Shown one piece after another: positions 17,221-28,453 of a DNA stretch of 64,000 bases. The DNA comes from Zygnema circumcarinatum SAG 698-1b (Eukaryota; Plantae; Zygnematophyceae): the NCBI GenBank assembly GCA_037447605.1, contig CM074806.1, positions 1,116,001-1,180,000 on the forward strand. The letters run 5' to 3'. Position 1 is the first letter of the stretch; each line of letters starts with the position of its first letter. Both the position numbers and the translations under genes were made by a program. The notes below the pieces were generated by a model that was not told the origin of the DNA, did not search any database, and was given only the letters and a program-made list of their open reading frames with translations.

Positions 17221-17608
17221 GGGGAGGGGTCAGACATTGCCCGGAGGTGCAAAAGGCTGCTAAATTGCTCTAATAGGGGGAGTCAGACCTTGACCATCGC
17301 TTACGAAATTCCCGAATTCCTTATACTAAAAGTCACTTTTTTCGTGTACGAATTCCGGGTCGGGATCCGCGGCTCCGCCGATCCCAGCAGTACTAAAATG
17401 CGTACCTAGCAAATGCTTAATTTGCCCGACAGGCTTACGAAATTGATTTGGCGATGGTCAATGTCTGACTCCCCCAAATGAATTCGCGGCGCTCCAAAAT
17501 TGCCGAACCGGCGCTGAGTACTAAAAACCCACGCCGTACAATGCATAATTCGCCCGACTGGCTTACAGTACTAAATTGATTCGGCCATGGACAATGTCTG
17601 ACCCCCCC
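17221..17608. mobile_element. Small non-autonomous TIR element(s) with GGGGGAGTCAGAC-type ends; two left and two right ends nested
   Basis: GGGGAGGGGTCAGACATTG (17221), GGGGGAGTCAGACCTTGACCATCGC (17276), GCGATGGTCAATGTCTGACTCCCCC (17451-17475), TGGACAATGTCTGACCCCCCC (~17588-17608); homologous segments recur at 50807-52168. Confidence 0.7.
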
Positions 17609-17788
17609 TAATTTGAGGATGGTGTCAGCACAAGGCACTTCTCGTCAACAATTGCCAGCGAGGATCGAAAACTAACCAATAGTAAGCTGCCATGTTCGCA
17701 CTTCCATCCACGTCATTGTCCACGTGACCCTGGAAGATTAGACGCCTGCCCGGCTAGCCGGGTCGCAGTGGAGGGGAGGGCGGCAGCC

Positions 17789-19853
17789 ATGGCGCTGCGC
17801 GCATCGCTCCGCGCGTTCAGCCATGGCGGAGGCCTTTCGCGGGGGAGCCTCGCCATAGTGAGGGGCGTGCCCGAAAGCTTCACGCAGTCGCTCTGCATGG
17901 AGAAGCCGGCGGAGCCTATTGACGTGGACAGGGCGCGGCAGCAGCATGCCGCGTATGTGGCCGCATTGCGAGGTGATTGAACTGTAGCTGGAACTGTATG
18001 AGGCTGCAATCGATGGTGCATGGGATCCTCAATGTTTCTGAGATCCAGGCGGTGCTGTGATGGGTCTAGGGGAGTTGGGGATTGGATTTGGGGTTGAGGA
18101 CTGAAGGAGGAACAGTGAGCGAGAGGAGAGGGGATGTAAATATTTGGACTTTGAAAAGTACGTTTGGAATGTATCAAATGAATTTTTTTTTACTTGTCTT
18201 CTTCTACCATTAGTTTAGTCATGTTGATTAGTTTGTAGCTGCTTCTGAACATCTAGCATATGAAAATGGATTTTGTTGAATGTGATACTATTTGCATAGG
18301 CGGATTTGTTCGCTGATTTACTGATTTCCTGTGCAGGACTGGTGCAGGAAGTTGTGGAGCTCCCCCCCGATGAGCGTTTTCCGGACTGCCCATTTGTGGA
18401 GGACTCAGCTGTTGTGATTGGGGAAAAGGCTATTGTTACGCGCATGGTAATAATGAAAGCCAATTCTTCAACGTGTGGAATTATCTAAATTCCTTAAGCA
18501 TGCACTCCACTTCCCCTCTCCACTTCCTCTCTCCACTTCAACTCGCCCTTCCTTAACAATTTGTTACCGGTGGAAATTTAGCACAATTTTGTCCGGTCAG
18601 CGGTCCGAGAGGCTTTAAAAGGCATCGGAGCTGCCGGGTTTCACTTATGGATCCAATGGCTCGGATTAATTTGTGCTGCTAGTTTCGTATCCACTTTGGC
18701 GCAAGCATTGCTAGGTGAGAAGTTGTAGATAGTTGCACACTTGAAGTAAATCAGGAGAGGGAGCAGGGTGCAGAAACACGGCGCGGGGAGGAGGTTGCTG
18801 TTGAGGAGGCATTGAGGAACTTGGGCCTGAAAGTGACCACAATGAAGGAGCCTGCATGCCTTGATGGAGGGGACGTGCTGCATGTGGCGGAGCACCTCTT
18901 TGTTGGAGTGGGCCGGTAGGCTATCTCTCGTGGGAACTTTTTGGACCCACATGCTTTAGCAAATACAGGGAACCCTGTGGAGAGAGCAGATTTGTATGAT
19001 TCGTCGAGAACGAGTCGAAGTTGTTGTCACAGAGTTCTCTTTGTTCAGGGCTTCTCCTGCTTGGTTTCTTTAGCATAAGCCAGCCTTCAAAAACTACTTT
19101 GTCGTCATCGGTCAGGGAGGTCTCGTGTTGACATTGGTTGGAAAGTGTGGCTGAAATGTGCGTTTGTGTGTGCGATGCAGCCGCACAAATGCCGAAGGCG
19201 TGGCTGCTCTGCAGTCTGCATTTCCTGAAGTGCCCGTTGTAGCAGTACCTATTCCTGATGGGCCAGGCCTGCATCTCAAGTCCGGTGAGTCTATCAAAGG
19301 AACCATCACTTGCTGCCGGCACTGTCTTTAGTTTTCCATCCTGTGGCTCAACGACCAGAGATGATTCGCCATCATGTTCCTCCTCCCTCTCCTCAACGCA
19401 CCAAGAAAGTCATAACGTAATGTCAATACAGACCTATCCTGCGTCCAACAATGCCGCCCGGTCTCCTCTTTCTCCTCTCCTCTTGCTCCCAATAAAAATT
19501 TGCAAGCCCTTGTTAGCCAGATTGTTCTACCTACAGCTGACTTTTCTGATGGGGGGGGTGCAGTAATCTCGTGGGCTGGCGGTAAGACTCTGCCGGTAGA
19601 GGCTTCACATCAGGGGAGGGAGGTGTTCAGGGCCATTCAGAGGCGAGTTCCCTCTCTGGAGAGCTTCGAAGTTCCGGAACTCGGCTCTGCGCTGAGTCTG
19701 TTTGTGGGAGGGAAGCTCCTGTGCCCGTCTGCATACCCCATGGCTTTCAAAAAATATGTGCAGCAGTTTCCCTCGTCATGCATGGGAGTCGATTTGTCAG
19801 AGTTTCACAAGGCGGATGGCGGCATGACGTGTTTGTCTCTCAATATCGAATAA
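17789..19853 (+). CDS. Dimethylarginine dimethylaminohydrolase-like (amidinotransferase superfamily), 5 exons
   Basis: Spliced product: AIVRGVPESF...DVDRARQQHAAYVAALR|GLVQEVVELPPDERFPDCPFVED...RRGEEVAV...LDGGDVL...VGRRTNAEG...GLHLKSVISWAG...EFHKADGGMTCLSLNIE; Asp, His and Cys catalytic-type motifs all present. Confidence 0.85.
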
Positions 19854-20010
19854 ACGGACCTCACTCGGACTGTTTTATCTCTTTATTGTCCAATGAAAGT
19901 CCAGAATGTGAATGAAATTACTTCTCAGTGCTTCACTTCAGTGGTTAGGATCATCTCAGGAATGAGTCTAAGTACTAATTGATCTGGAGCATGTGAGGAT
20001 GAACTCTAGT

Positions 20011-20133
20011 CCCTAGTCCCTGTTCCCCCCTAAACCATAAACCCTCACCAAACCCTCAACCCTCAACCGCCTAAACCTTAAACCCTAATTCCTGAACCCT
20101 GAACCCCCTAAACCTAAACCTTCAACCCTGAAA
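20011..20133. repeat. Degenerate plant telomere-like tract (CCCTAAA variants), interstitial
   Basis: Run of CCCTAAA, CCATAAA, CCCTCAA, CCTTAAA, CCCTAAT, CCCTGAA, CCTAAA heptamer variants. Confidence 0.7.
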
Positions 20134-21508
20134 CGATTTTATTCAGTTGAACCAAGCACGGTAATACTGAATCGAACTGAGCACAATAATATTGAACTGA
20201 ACCGAGCACGATAGTATTGAATTGAACGGAGTACAATAATATTGAAATGAACCGAGCACAATAATATTGAATTGAACCGAGCACGATAAATATTGAATTG
20301 AACCGAGCCCGATAATATTGAATCGAACCGAGCACAATAATATCGAACCGAACTGAGCACGATAGTATTGAATTGAACCGAACACAATAATATTGAATTA
20401 AACCAAGTACGATAATTAAATTGAACCGAGCACGATAGTATTGAATCCGACCGAGCACAATAATATTGAATTGCACTGAGCACGATAGTATTGAACTGAA
20501 CCGAGCACAATAATATTGAATTGAACCAAGCACGATAATTGAGATGAACCGAGCACGATAGTACTGAATTGAACTGAGCATAATAATATTGAATTGAACC
20601 GAGCACGATAGTACTGAATCGAACTGAGCACAATAATATTGAATTGAACCGAGCACGCTTTAATTGAATTGAACCGAGCATGATAGTATTGAATTGAACC
20701 GATCACGATAATATTGAATTGAGCCGAGCACGATAGTATTGAATCGAACAGAGCACAATAATATTGAATTGAAACGAGCACGATAATTGAATTGAACCGA
20801 GCACGATAGTATTGAATCGAACCGAGCACAATATTATTGAATTGAACCGAGCACGGTAATACTGACTCGAACTGAACACAATAATATTGAATTGAACTGA
20901 GCACAATAATATTGAGTTGAACCGAGCACGATAGTATTGAATTAAACAGAGCACGATAGTATTGAATTGAACCGAGCACAATAATATTGAACTGAACCGA
21001 GCACGATAATTGAATTGGACCGAGCACGATAGTATTGTATCGAACCGAGCACGATAATATTATATTGAGCCGAGCACGATAATATTGAATCGAACTGAGC
21101 ACAATAGTATTGACTTGAACCGGCACAATAATATTATATTGAACCGAGCACGATTGTATTGAACCGAACTGAGCACGATAGTGTTTAATCGAACCGAGCA
21201 GAATAATATTGAACTGAACCGAGCACGATAGTACTGAATCGCGATAGTTCAACTGAACTGAGCACAATAATATTGAATTGAACCGAGCACGATAGTACTG
21301 AATCGCGATAGTTCAATTGAACCGAGCACAATAATATTGAATTGAACCGAGCACGATAGTATTGAATCGAACGGAGCACAATAATATTGAATTGAACTGA
21401 GCACGATAATATTGAATTGAACCGAGCACGATAATATTGAATCGAACTGAGCACAATAATATTGAATTGAACCGAGCACGATTTTATTGAATTGAACTGA
21501 GCACGATA
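20134..21508. repeat. 25-bp minisatellite, consensus ATTGAATTGAACCGAGCACGATA(A/G)T, roughly 55 copies
   Basis: Directly visible tandem units; followed by (GAT)/(ATT) simple repeats to ~21590. Confidence 0.95.
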
Positions 21509-22209
21509 GTGATGATTGATGATGATTCATTATTATGGTTATTAATATTATTATGATGATTATTATTATTATGATTCATAATGAGGATGAATATTCAAAT
21601 GGGCGAGGCGGATGGAAAAAAGTGTTCGACGATGGATCATATTTCTGTTGTAATCTTCTGTTGCCCTCCGATCTCAACATTGTCATAGTGCTTATGCCCC
21701 TTCTCTGGCAGTTTACGACAAGGTTCCTACGTATAAAAGAAGTGGCCCTCGAAACGTGAGATATATTTTTGAGGAGATGTCTGTCGACAAGAGTCCCTCC
21801 CTTGCATTAAGCAAGTCAAGGACCGTCAAGAGGGCACGAGGGGGGTCTCTAAAGCTCCCCACCTCGATTCCATGCTAAAATTTAACCCCTCCCTGTTCTA
21901 AGTGTACTGAAGCTGGCCCTTATTTCTAAGGGGTAGGCCCTTTGTCAGAAGATTTCGACAGCGGCCTTCCATTTGCTCCTTCAATCAGTCCTGCCTTCCC
22001 ACACAAATGGAAACACGGGGAACTATGGACTCATTTCCTCCTTGAATAGTACACGACAACAGGAATCCTTCAGTAAAACTGACATGGGGCGTGATAGGGA
22101 TAGACTCGGCGAAGCACAGAGGAAGGCCCTGAAAAATGGGTTTTCCACAGTGCTACCTGTTCTGTGCAGAGGGCTCGAACTCGATAAATACCCTGAAGGC
22201 TCCCTTTGA

Positions 22210-24642
22210 TCAGGTGTGAGGGGCATCCCGGGGCTTAAAGGTAGAGGGAGGGAGTGAGGTCTCAAGTGCAGCAGTCTGCTTCTGCAACGCCTCCACTGCC
22301 TCATCTGAATACTTCTCGGGATTCGCCTTCCTTTTCTGGACCATGAGCCTCGTCAAATGCTGCAAGCATGCGAGATGCAGTTTTTTGACTTGAACATGTT
22401 CCACTACCGCTGGTGGAAGCCCCTCCTGAAAGCACACATGCACAATAGTCAGTGGCAACAGTCCTAAGACTACGCAATGGACAAAAGCCATTGTGATGTG
22501 GCAACGTCTCAACAAATAGAAGGGGAAGAAAAAAGGGGGCCAGGGACTCGACGAAAAAGGGACAGTGCCATGAATCCTAACGAGCATGATTCTCTTTCTA
22601 ACCAGCATTGCTTGCACTCTTCTCTCCTTCCCAAATGAGGCATATCAAAGGATGCTACAGGCACCTTGCACAGCAGATTCAAACATCGACGCAGCACTCC
22701 CTCTGCTTCCTCTTGAACCTCCGATAACTCCACCTGCAGGCAAACAGTTTCTCCAGCCATTCAATCCTAAAACTACAGTCGTAGTTCATGTCAATTGTCA
22801 CTTTTCTTTTCTTTGACATGCTTGTACCGCGTCCCCCCTCAGTAACATGGTGCTGTGTCCGACTTTACACACAACCCTCCACTTACCCCCACGACGTCAG
22901 GGAGCTCAGTGACAGCTATAAGTGTTTCTCCCAAAGCAACAAGCGGGCGGGCCTGCCGGAATTCCCTCCCATTTCAAGCGTGTCAGCCTTGAAAGTAAAC
23001 TCTAGGTGCATTCGCAGTTTGCAGTTTCTCTGCACACTGGCCTTTACCCCACTTTGAGGTGACATTTACTCCTAGATGAGAACTCCTGCACATTTTCTTC
23101 TATCCACCGAAGCAACAGAAATACCGTGTTTGCTAAATCTAAAGCAACTCCTCTTCAATAGTAGAGGTAGAGAGCGATGTTCATACCAAGGCCACTAGGG
23201 AATTTATCAGCAGTCGGGGATCGGTGAAAGACATGGAACGCTCTACCTGCTGCCACCGTTTGTCTGCGATTCTGCTCCCGACCAATATCACCTCCCAAAT
23301 GTTACTCCCCCTTTGGCCTGCACAGGAAGAATGCTGACGATATCCAGGACTAATCCTAAGAAACTCATAACCTTAAGGGGGAGCAGCATGCTCACCGAAT
23401 GGCTCGCCGGCACAGTGCTGCAGCCCGCTGATACTCCTCCATGGCCTCCAAAAAACTGAGTTTAAGTGCTAAGTTACCACCCTTCAGGGCTGCGATCTGG
23501 GCAAGCTCTGCTATTATAGAACCCACCTGGACGAAAAAGGCACAAAGCAGCAAGACTTTAAACACAGATCTATTTTATCATCACGAATGGCAGATAACAA
23601 ATAATGGTGTCTCTGTAATAGCCAAGCACCGACTTAAGAACTTTCCTCCAGCAGTTCACCTGAGGATGATCTCCCCCCAACACAGCAATTCGAACTCGCA
23701 AACACCTGCCCATTTCATGCCATCAGCTTCAGGTGAGTGATAGTAGCTTTTAGCCGGTTACTCGAAGGGGCAATCAGTTTATACCATGTGCAGCTATAAG
23801 CAAAAAGCAGAAGTTAAAACTCTGCATGAATGAGCTTGCTCATGAATCTCCCGGAAGAGGCTGAGCTCATAAAGAATGAAGAATGTGACTTGTCCCACCG
23901 TTCCATAAGCTGCTTTGCTTCTTCCAGCTTCCCCCTGACCCTCAGAGTGGCTGCTAGACTTTCAGCTGCTGAGATTGCAGCCGAGGATTCAACACCCTGC
24001 ATGTTCCCACAGGAGAAAAAGGGACAGCTTTAACCCCCAAGTGTAAAGTATAAACACAATAGGAGTTAAGGGTGTTGCTGAGAAAGCAAGATGTGGCGGT
24101 AGGAAAGGGAGAGACGTCCAAGGATGGCGGCAAAGATAAGATCTATTGATCACACCACACCCTCATATAACTGTTTTGGGAAAAAAAAAATTGCAAACAA
24201 CGAGCATAGTCCAACAGCAGAAGCGTTTGCACCTGCACTGTTTCTACAATGTGAAGGACTTTCCGTTGTAGACTCTCTGCCTCTTCCAGCTGCCCATTGG
24301 CTGCCAGTATCTGCACATGGGGGAGAAGGCAGTCCCCATTGAGGACACAACAAAAGGGAGACCAGCCTTCACTTCTCTGTCGAACAACGCTTATTATGCC
24401 ACTCGAGGGGCATACACACATACACACTCACCATCCCCTCTCCCCCTCCCTCCTGCTTATTCTATCGTCGACTTTCCCTTCCCCCCCTTCACCTCTGCAA
24501 GGCGGCCTGTCCTCCGCACTGCAGGCACTGTGTGTCCTCCTCCGCCTTCCTGAGACCTCACAGGAAATGCACAATGAATCAGCAACAAAAACAAGGTGAT
24601 TCCTTCATCCTGCCATGCTGGAAGCAGAGCTTCGTTCATCAC

Positions 24643-24676
<34 letters not shown>

Positions 24677-26164
24677 AGGTAGTGCCATAACAAGGGTCTC
24701 AGAAGCAGACCTCCAGAACTTTGAGGGAGCTCCGAATGAGAGTTTCAGCGTCCTCCACCCTCCCCAGCAGACGTAGAACCTGAACCCTTCCATGAGCCCT
24801 TATGAGTTATAAGCCTTTCCACCCCTTCTCTGAGCTTCCAAATGCATTGCCAAAAGCTCGTTTTCCTCATTTTCAGAACAATTCTGTATTCACTCAGCAA
24901 ATGCTGAAACGATTTTCTTGAAACTGCTACGAAGTGACATGAGAGGAGTTGATTAAAACCTCGCCAAGGTGGAACATGGTGGTGGCGCACTCCGGGTGCT
25001 GAGGACCTAAAGACTCCTCTTTAATCTGCACACGTGTTTGAGGGCGATTCCATTGGAAATTATTCGACAACTACAACTTCCAACTATCTGCAACGCAAAG
25101 GCAGTAAATCTTGCAGGTTTTCCCGGTCGAGTTGCGCACCTTTAGGGCTTCCTGCACACACCATGGCAAGAGACTATGCCTCAGGCCGCAGGAACAACTG
25201 ATACTCTCTTATGTTCCTGCATAAGGGTACAAAAAGGAGTCTTAAGCATAACTATGGACTGTTAAGGTCCAGCCTGAATAGTACGGAGGTATCATAAAGC
25301 TGAATGCGCTTCTCATGAGGATGATGGTTCAGCCAAACAAGCTTCAGCTTAATCAAAAGCAACAATCCGGCTGCTTGAGCATCTGCTTGGCATAGATGTA
25401 CAAACAACATTCACAAACACATTTCACAAGCTGAAGAATGACAAGTGAGGATGGGTCCATGGTGGCATGGAGAGACACCTCATAGCACTTTAGCGCATCC
25501 TCATAGCGGCGTTGCTGTAGATAGAAGCCCCCCAAATTGTGCAAGGCCAGACCCACACTGCAAGTTACAAACCCCCTCCTCCCTACTTCTCATTTTCCAT
25601 CTCACCATAGGCCAAAGTCAGGACATCTGACAACATATTCCAATGCTGTTCAATGCTGCATTCACTCCTACACCGTCCAACCATGTACAAATATTTAAAA
25701 CGCATGTGCTGTTCTGTACCGAGGTAAGGTTCAACATGGCATGAAGAGTGCAAGTCACGTGAGTTGGGTACTGAACCTGTAGTGCTGTGGACCCATAGCC
25801 GCCTTCAATCGCTGAATGGCTTCGTTGTATAGACCTTCAGCACGATCATATTCCTTCCGCACTCGGTAAAGCTCGGCCTGCCCTCTCGCCCGTGCTTCTC
25901 CGACTTCAGAACTGCATTGAAGTTCAAATCTGTGTGTGCTCCCCTATGTTCCCATCCGCTAATTCTTCCTTCTCCCTGCCTCTTTAAATCTCGTTACGCT
26001 ACCAACCAGATTGTTACATGCTGACGCCACGTGTGGGTCCTCTGAGCCAAAGCCCTGCTTAGCCTCCTCCACTGCACGTGTGAAGTATCTCTCAGCCTCC
26101 TCCGTGCGACCCTGCACGCACCTCAGCCTTGTGAATATTACTGTTCTTTTGTCCCCTTCCAAAC

Positions 26165-26229
<65 letters not shown>

Positions 26230-27674
26230 GCTTCAATTGATCGTGACACACTTTCTGGCACTTATCTCTATCGTGTTCAATGAACAGGGACCTTGTGTTC
26301 GTGAATTAGCTCAGCTTACCTGTGAAAAAAGGTCACGGCCGGTGTCTGTAAAGACCCGCCACCGAGCAGTGTGAATATTGGAGATGACTTCTTGCTGCTG
26401 CTCCTCTACCGTCTGTGAGGAGGCTGCTGTGTCCTCGGCTTCTGCGAGTGCGTTGCTGTATGCCAGAGCTGAATGCAGAAATCAATAAACTGATCAGAGG
26501 CAGAGCTATATGTGTCTTTGCCGTGTGTGGTGCCTGTCTGTGGTTGTTTTCAAGGCCTACATCAAGATTGTGGTCATGTCCATAGTCTTGTAACAAGCAT
26601 TGAAACTAGAAAAGGAGGACCTCGTATTCACAATAGTCATGAAATAAGCCAAAACTCATCCGAAAGCAGAGGACGAGGAAATCCATTTGCCATTTGGCTT
26701 CTGAGTGTGGACAGAATACTTGTACGGTATGAAGACTGAGCAGTTTGGAAAAGAAGTTTGGAAAGGCAAAAAGGTATTGTGAAGTTGCAAATGGAACAAT
26801 GGCGCTAAGCCGTGAAAGAAAAATTCGATTTTTTTTTCAAAATCGCTACAACGAACCAGCACTTTGTTTCACCAGCACTTTTGTGGCTGGTGAAACATGC
26901 TTACATTTAATGAAGCAGAAACTGGTTATGCGTTGCGTGATGCACGCAACTAACGCTCAGACTCGATGCCTGAAACGTATATATGGATCACATTATAGCA
27001 TGCAAATGTCACGTGGTCACGGGCCACGGACTTTTTTCAAATTTCCTCGATCTTACGACGGTAAAAGGAGCCCTCCGATAGGAATTGCCTTTTTTAAATG
27101 GAAACATGAGCTTTTCTAATTCAATGTTGAGAAAGGTTTGAATAAAGGCTTTAAAGCTGGAAATCACGCTTCACGAACAATGTATTGACCCAATGGATGT
27201 TTTGTCATACAAGCCTACCCCGTGTGCTTAGTTTCATACAACCCATCGAAGACTCAATCATTAAAAAATAAAACTGAGTTCGAGCCTAGCGTCTCCTCAC
27301 CCGCAGTGAAGGGCAGGCACCACGGCATCCATGAAGCGCCACCATGGCCTCCCCGTGTACCCCTTCCAGAAGTTGCCACGGTCCATGCAACCATTCCTAC
27401 ACGACATACGTTTTCTCATTATTGGTGGCTTGAAAAATCACGTGCAGAATAAATAAAAAACAAACTGATAACCACAGAATGCGGGCAAGCAATGGTGGAG
27501 AAAGGCAAGCAAACCGGAGAATGCTGCCGGTGGAGGCGGAGGAGCAATGTTTGAGAAGGCAGGGAGCTGCGGAGCTGAATGAGTGGCTTCAGATAAGAAA
27601 GATAAATTGAATAGCCGACATGTCGGAGAGGGAGCTCGGCTCAAGAGGAGGCTTGTACGAGTTCGAGCAGCCAT
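22210..27674 (-). CDS. TPR-repeat protein (kinesin-light-chain-like TPRs), probable organelle transit peptide; ends approximate
   Basis: Exon fragments QGRTEEAERYFTRAVEEAKQGFGSEDPHVASACNNL, AELYRVRKEYDRAEGLYNEAIQRL, ALHNLGGFYLQQRRYEDALKCYE, ILAANGQLEEAESLQRKVLHIVE, LAATLRVRGKLEEAKQLME; ATG at 27674 (MAARTRTSLLLSR). First and last exons are inferred. Confidence 0.7.
26164..26230. repeat. (GAT)n microsatellite in a TPR-gene intron
   Basis: About 22 GAT units with one GGT interruption. Confidence 0.9.
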
Positions 27675-27860
27675 GGCTGCCGCGCTTTCGGCCGGGACAA
27701 CCGCGCCTCTCTACTGCACTGTGGGAGCAAGCAGCCCCGCTCTATGTGGCCAGCCACGGTGGCAATAATAGTGATGAAACTATAACTGAACGTGAACGGG
27801 TTCCTGTCGTTCTGAACTAGTTTGGTGAAAGCACGCCACAGGCATGTAAGCCAGCTAGCA

Positions 27861-27953
27861 TCCAACGGCCCAAATTGACAGCCGAATGACATCTAACGGC
27901 TACCCAAGTGCACATCCAACGGCCATCCCTCCTTACTCCCGAATCCAACGGAC
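27861..27953. promoter_or_regulatory. Cluster of MSA-type elements (YCYAACGGYY) upstream of the TPR gene
   Basis: TCCAACGGCC 27861-27870, TCTAACGGCT 27892-27901, TCCAACGGCC 27915-27924, near-match TCCAACGGAC 27944-27953. Confidence 0.55.
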
Positions 27954-28453
27954 ATAAACATGCCACTTCTCATCCCTACATATGTGTGCGTACCACAATT
28001 TTTTTTGTCGACTTTTTTTTATGGGTTCTGTTCCATGTGCGTGCATGTGTCCCCTCACACCTCTTTGGGACCAGACAGCCTCACTGTACTGCGCTTGTGG
28101 TAACAAGTACAAAGCTAGGTCCACAACACATTGTCTCTTGCAATTGGCACTTTGCATTTTCTCCTTCGTACATACAGAAGAACGTGTAGGGATGGGTAAC
28201 AAGAATCAAGATGGGCCGCACTTTATTCAAATCCTCGCTTTACTTCAAATCATTCCCTCTCGCACTACCCCTCTTCTTGGCCCTGTTCGTTAACCACGAT
28301 GCTAAGACAGAGGTCCCTTAGAGCCACAATCTCCTCCAAAAAATAGATCATCTGATGGACCTCCCCCTTCACATACACACATACGGAGTACAAGGGCTCG
28401 CGCATGCTGCAAAAATCACCATATATCCCTAAAATTGATGGCTTTGGGTGGTC

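Noticed and set aside
20134-21508. CRISPR-like array
   Set aside because: Units are contiguous with no unique spacers, no cas genes are present, and the context is eukaryotic.
20114-21530. Long ORFs (up to 283 aa) rich in C/S/V/Q/F/N/I
   Set aside because: They are translations of the 25-bp minisatellite in several frames at once.
26011-26374. Poly-Asp, poly-Met and poly-Ser ORFs
   Set aside because: Products of an intronic (GAT)n microsatellite.
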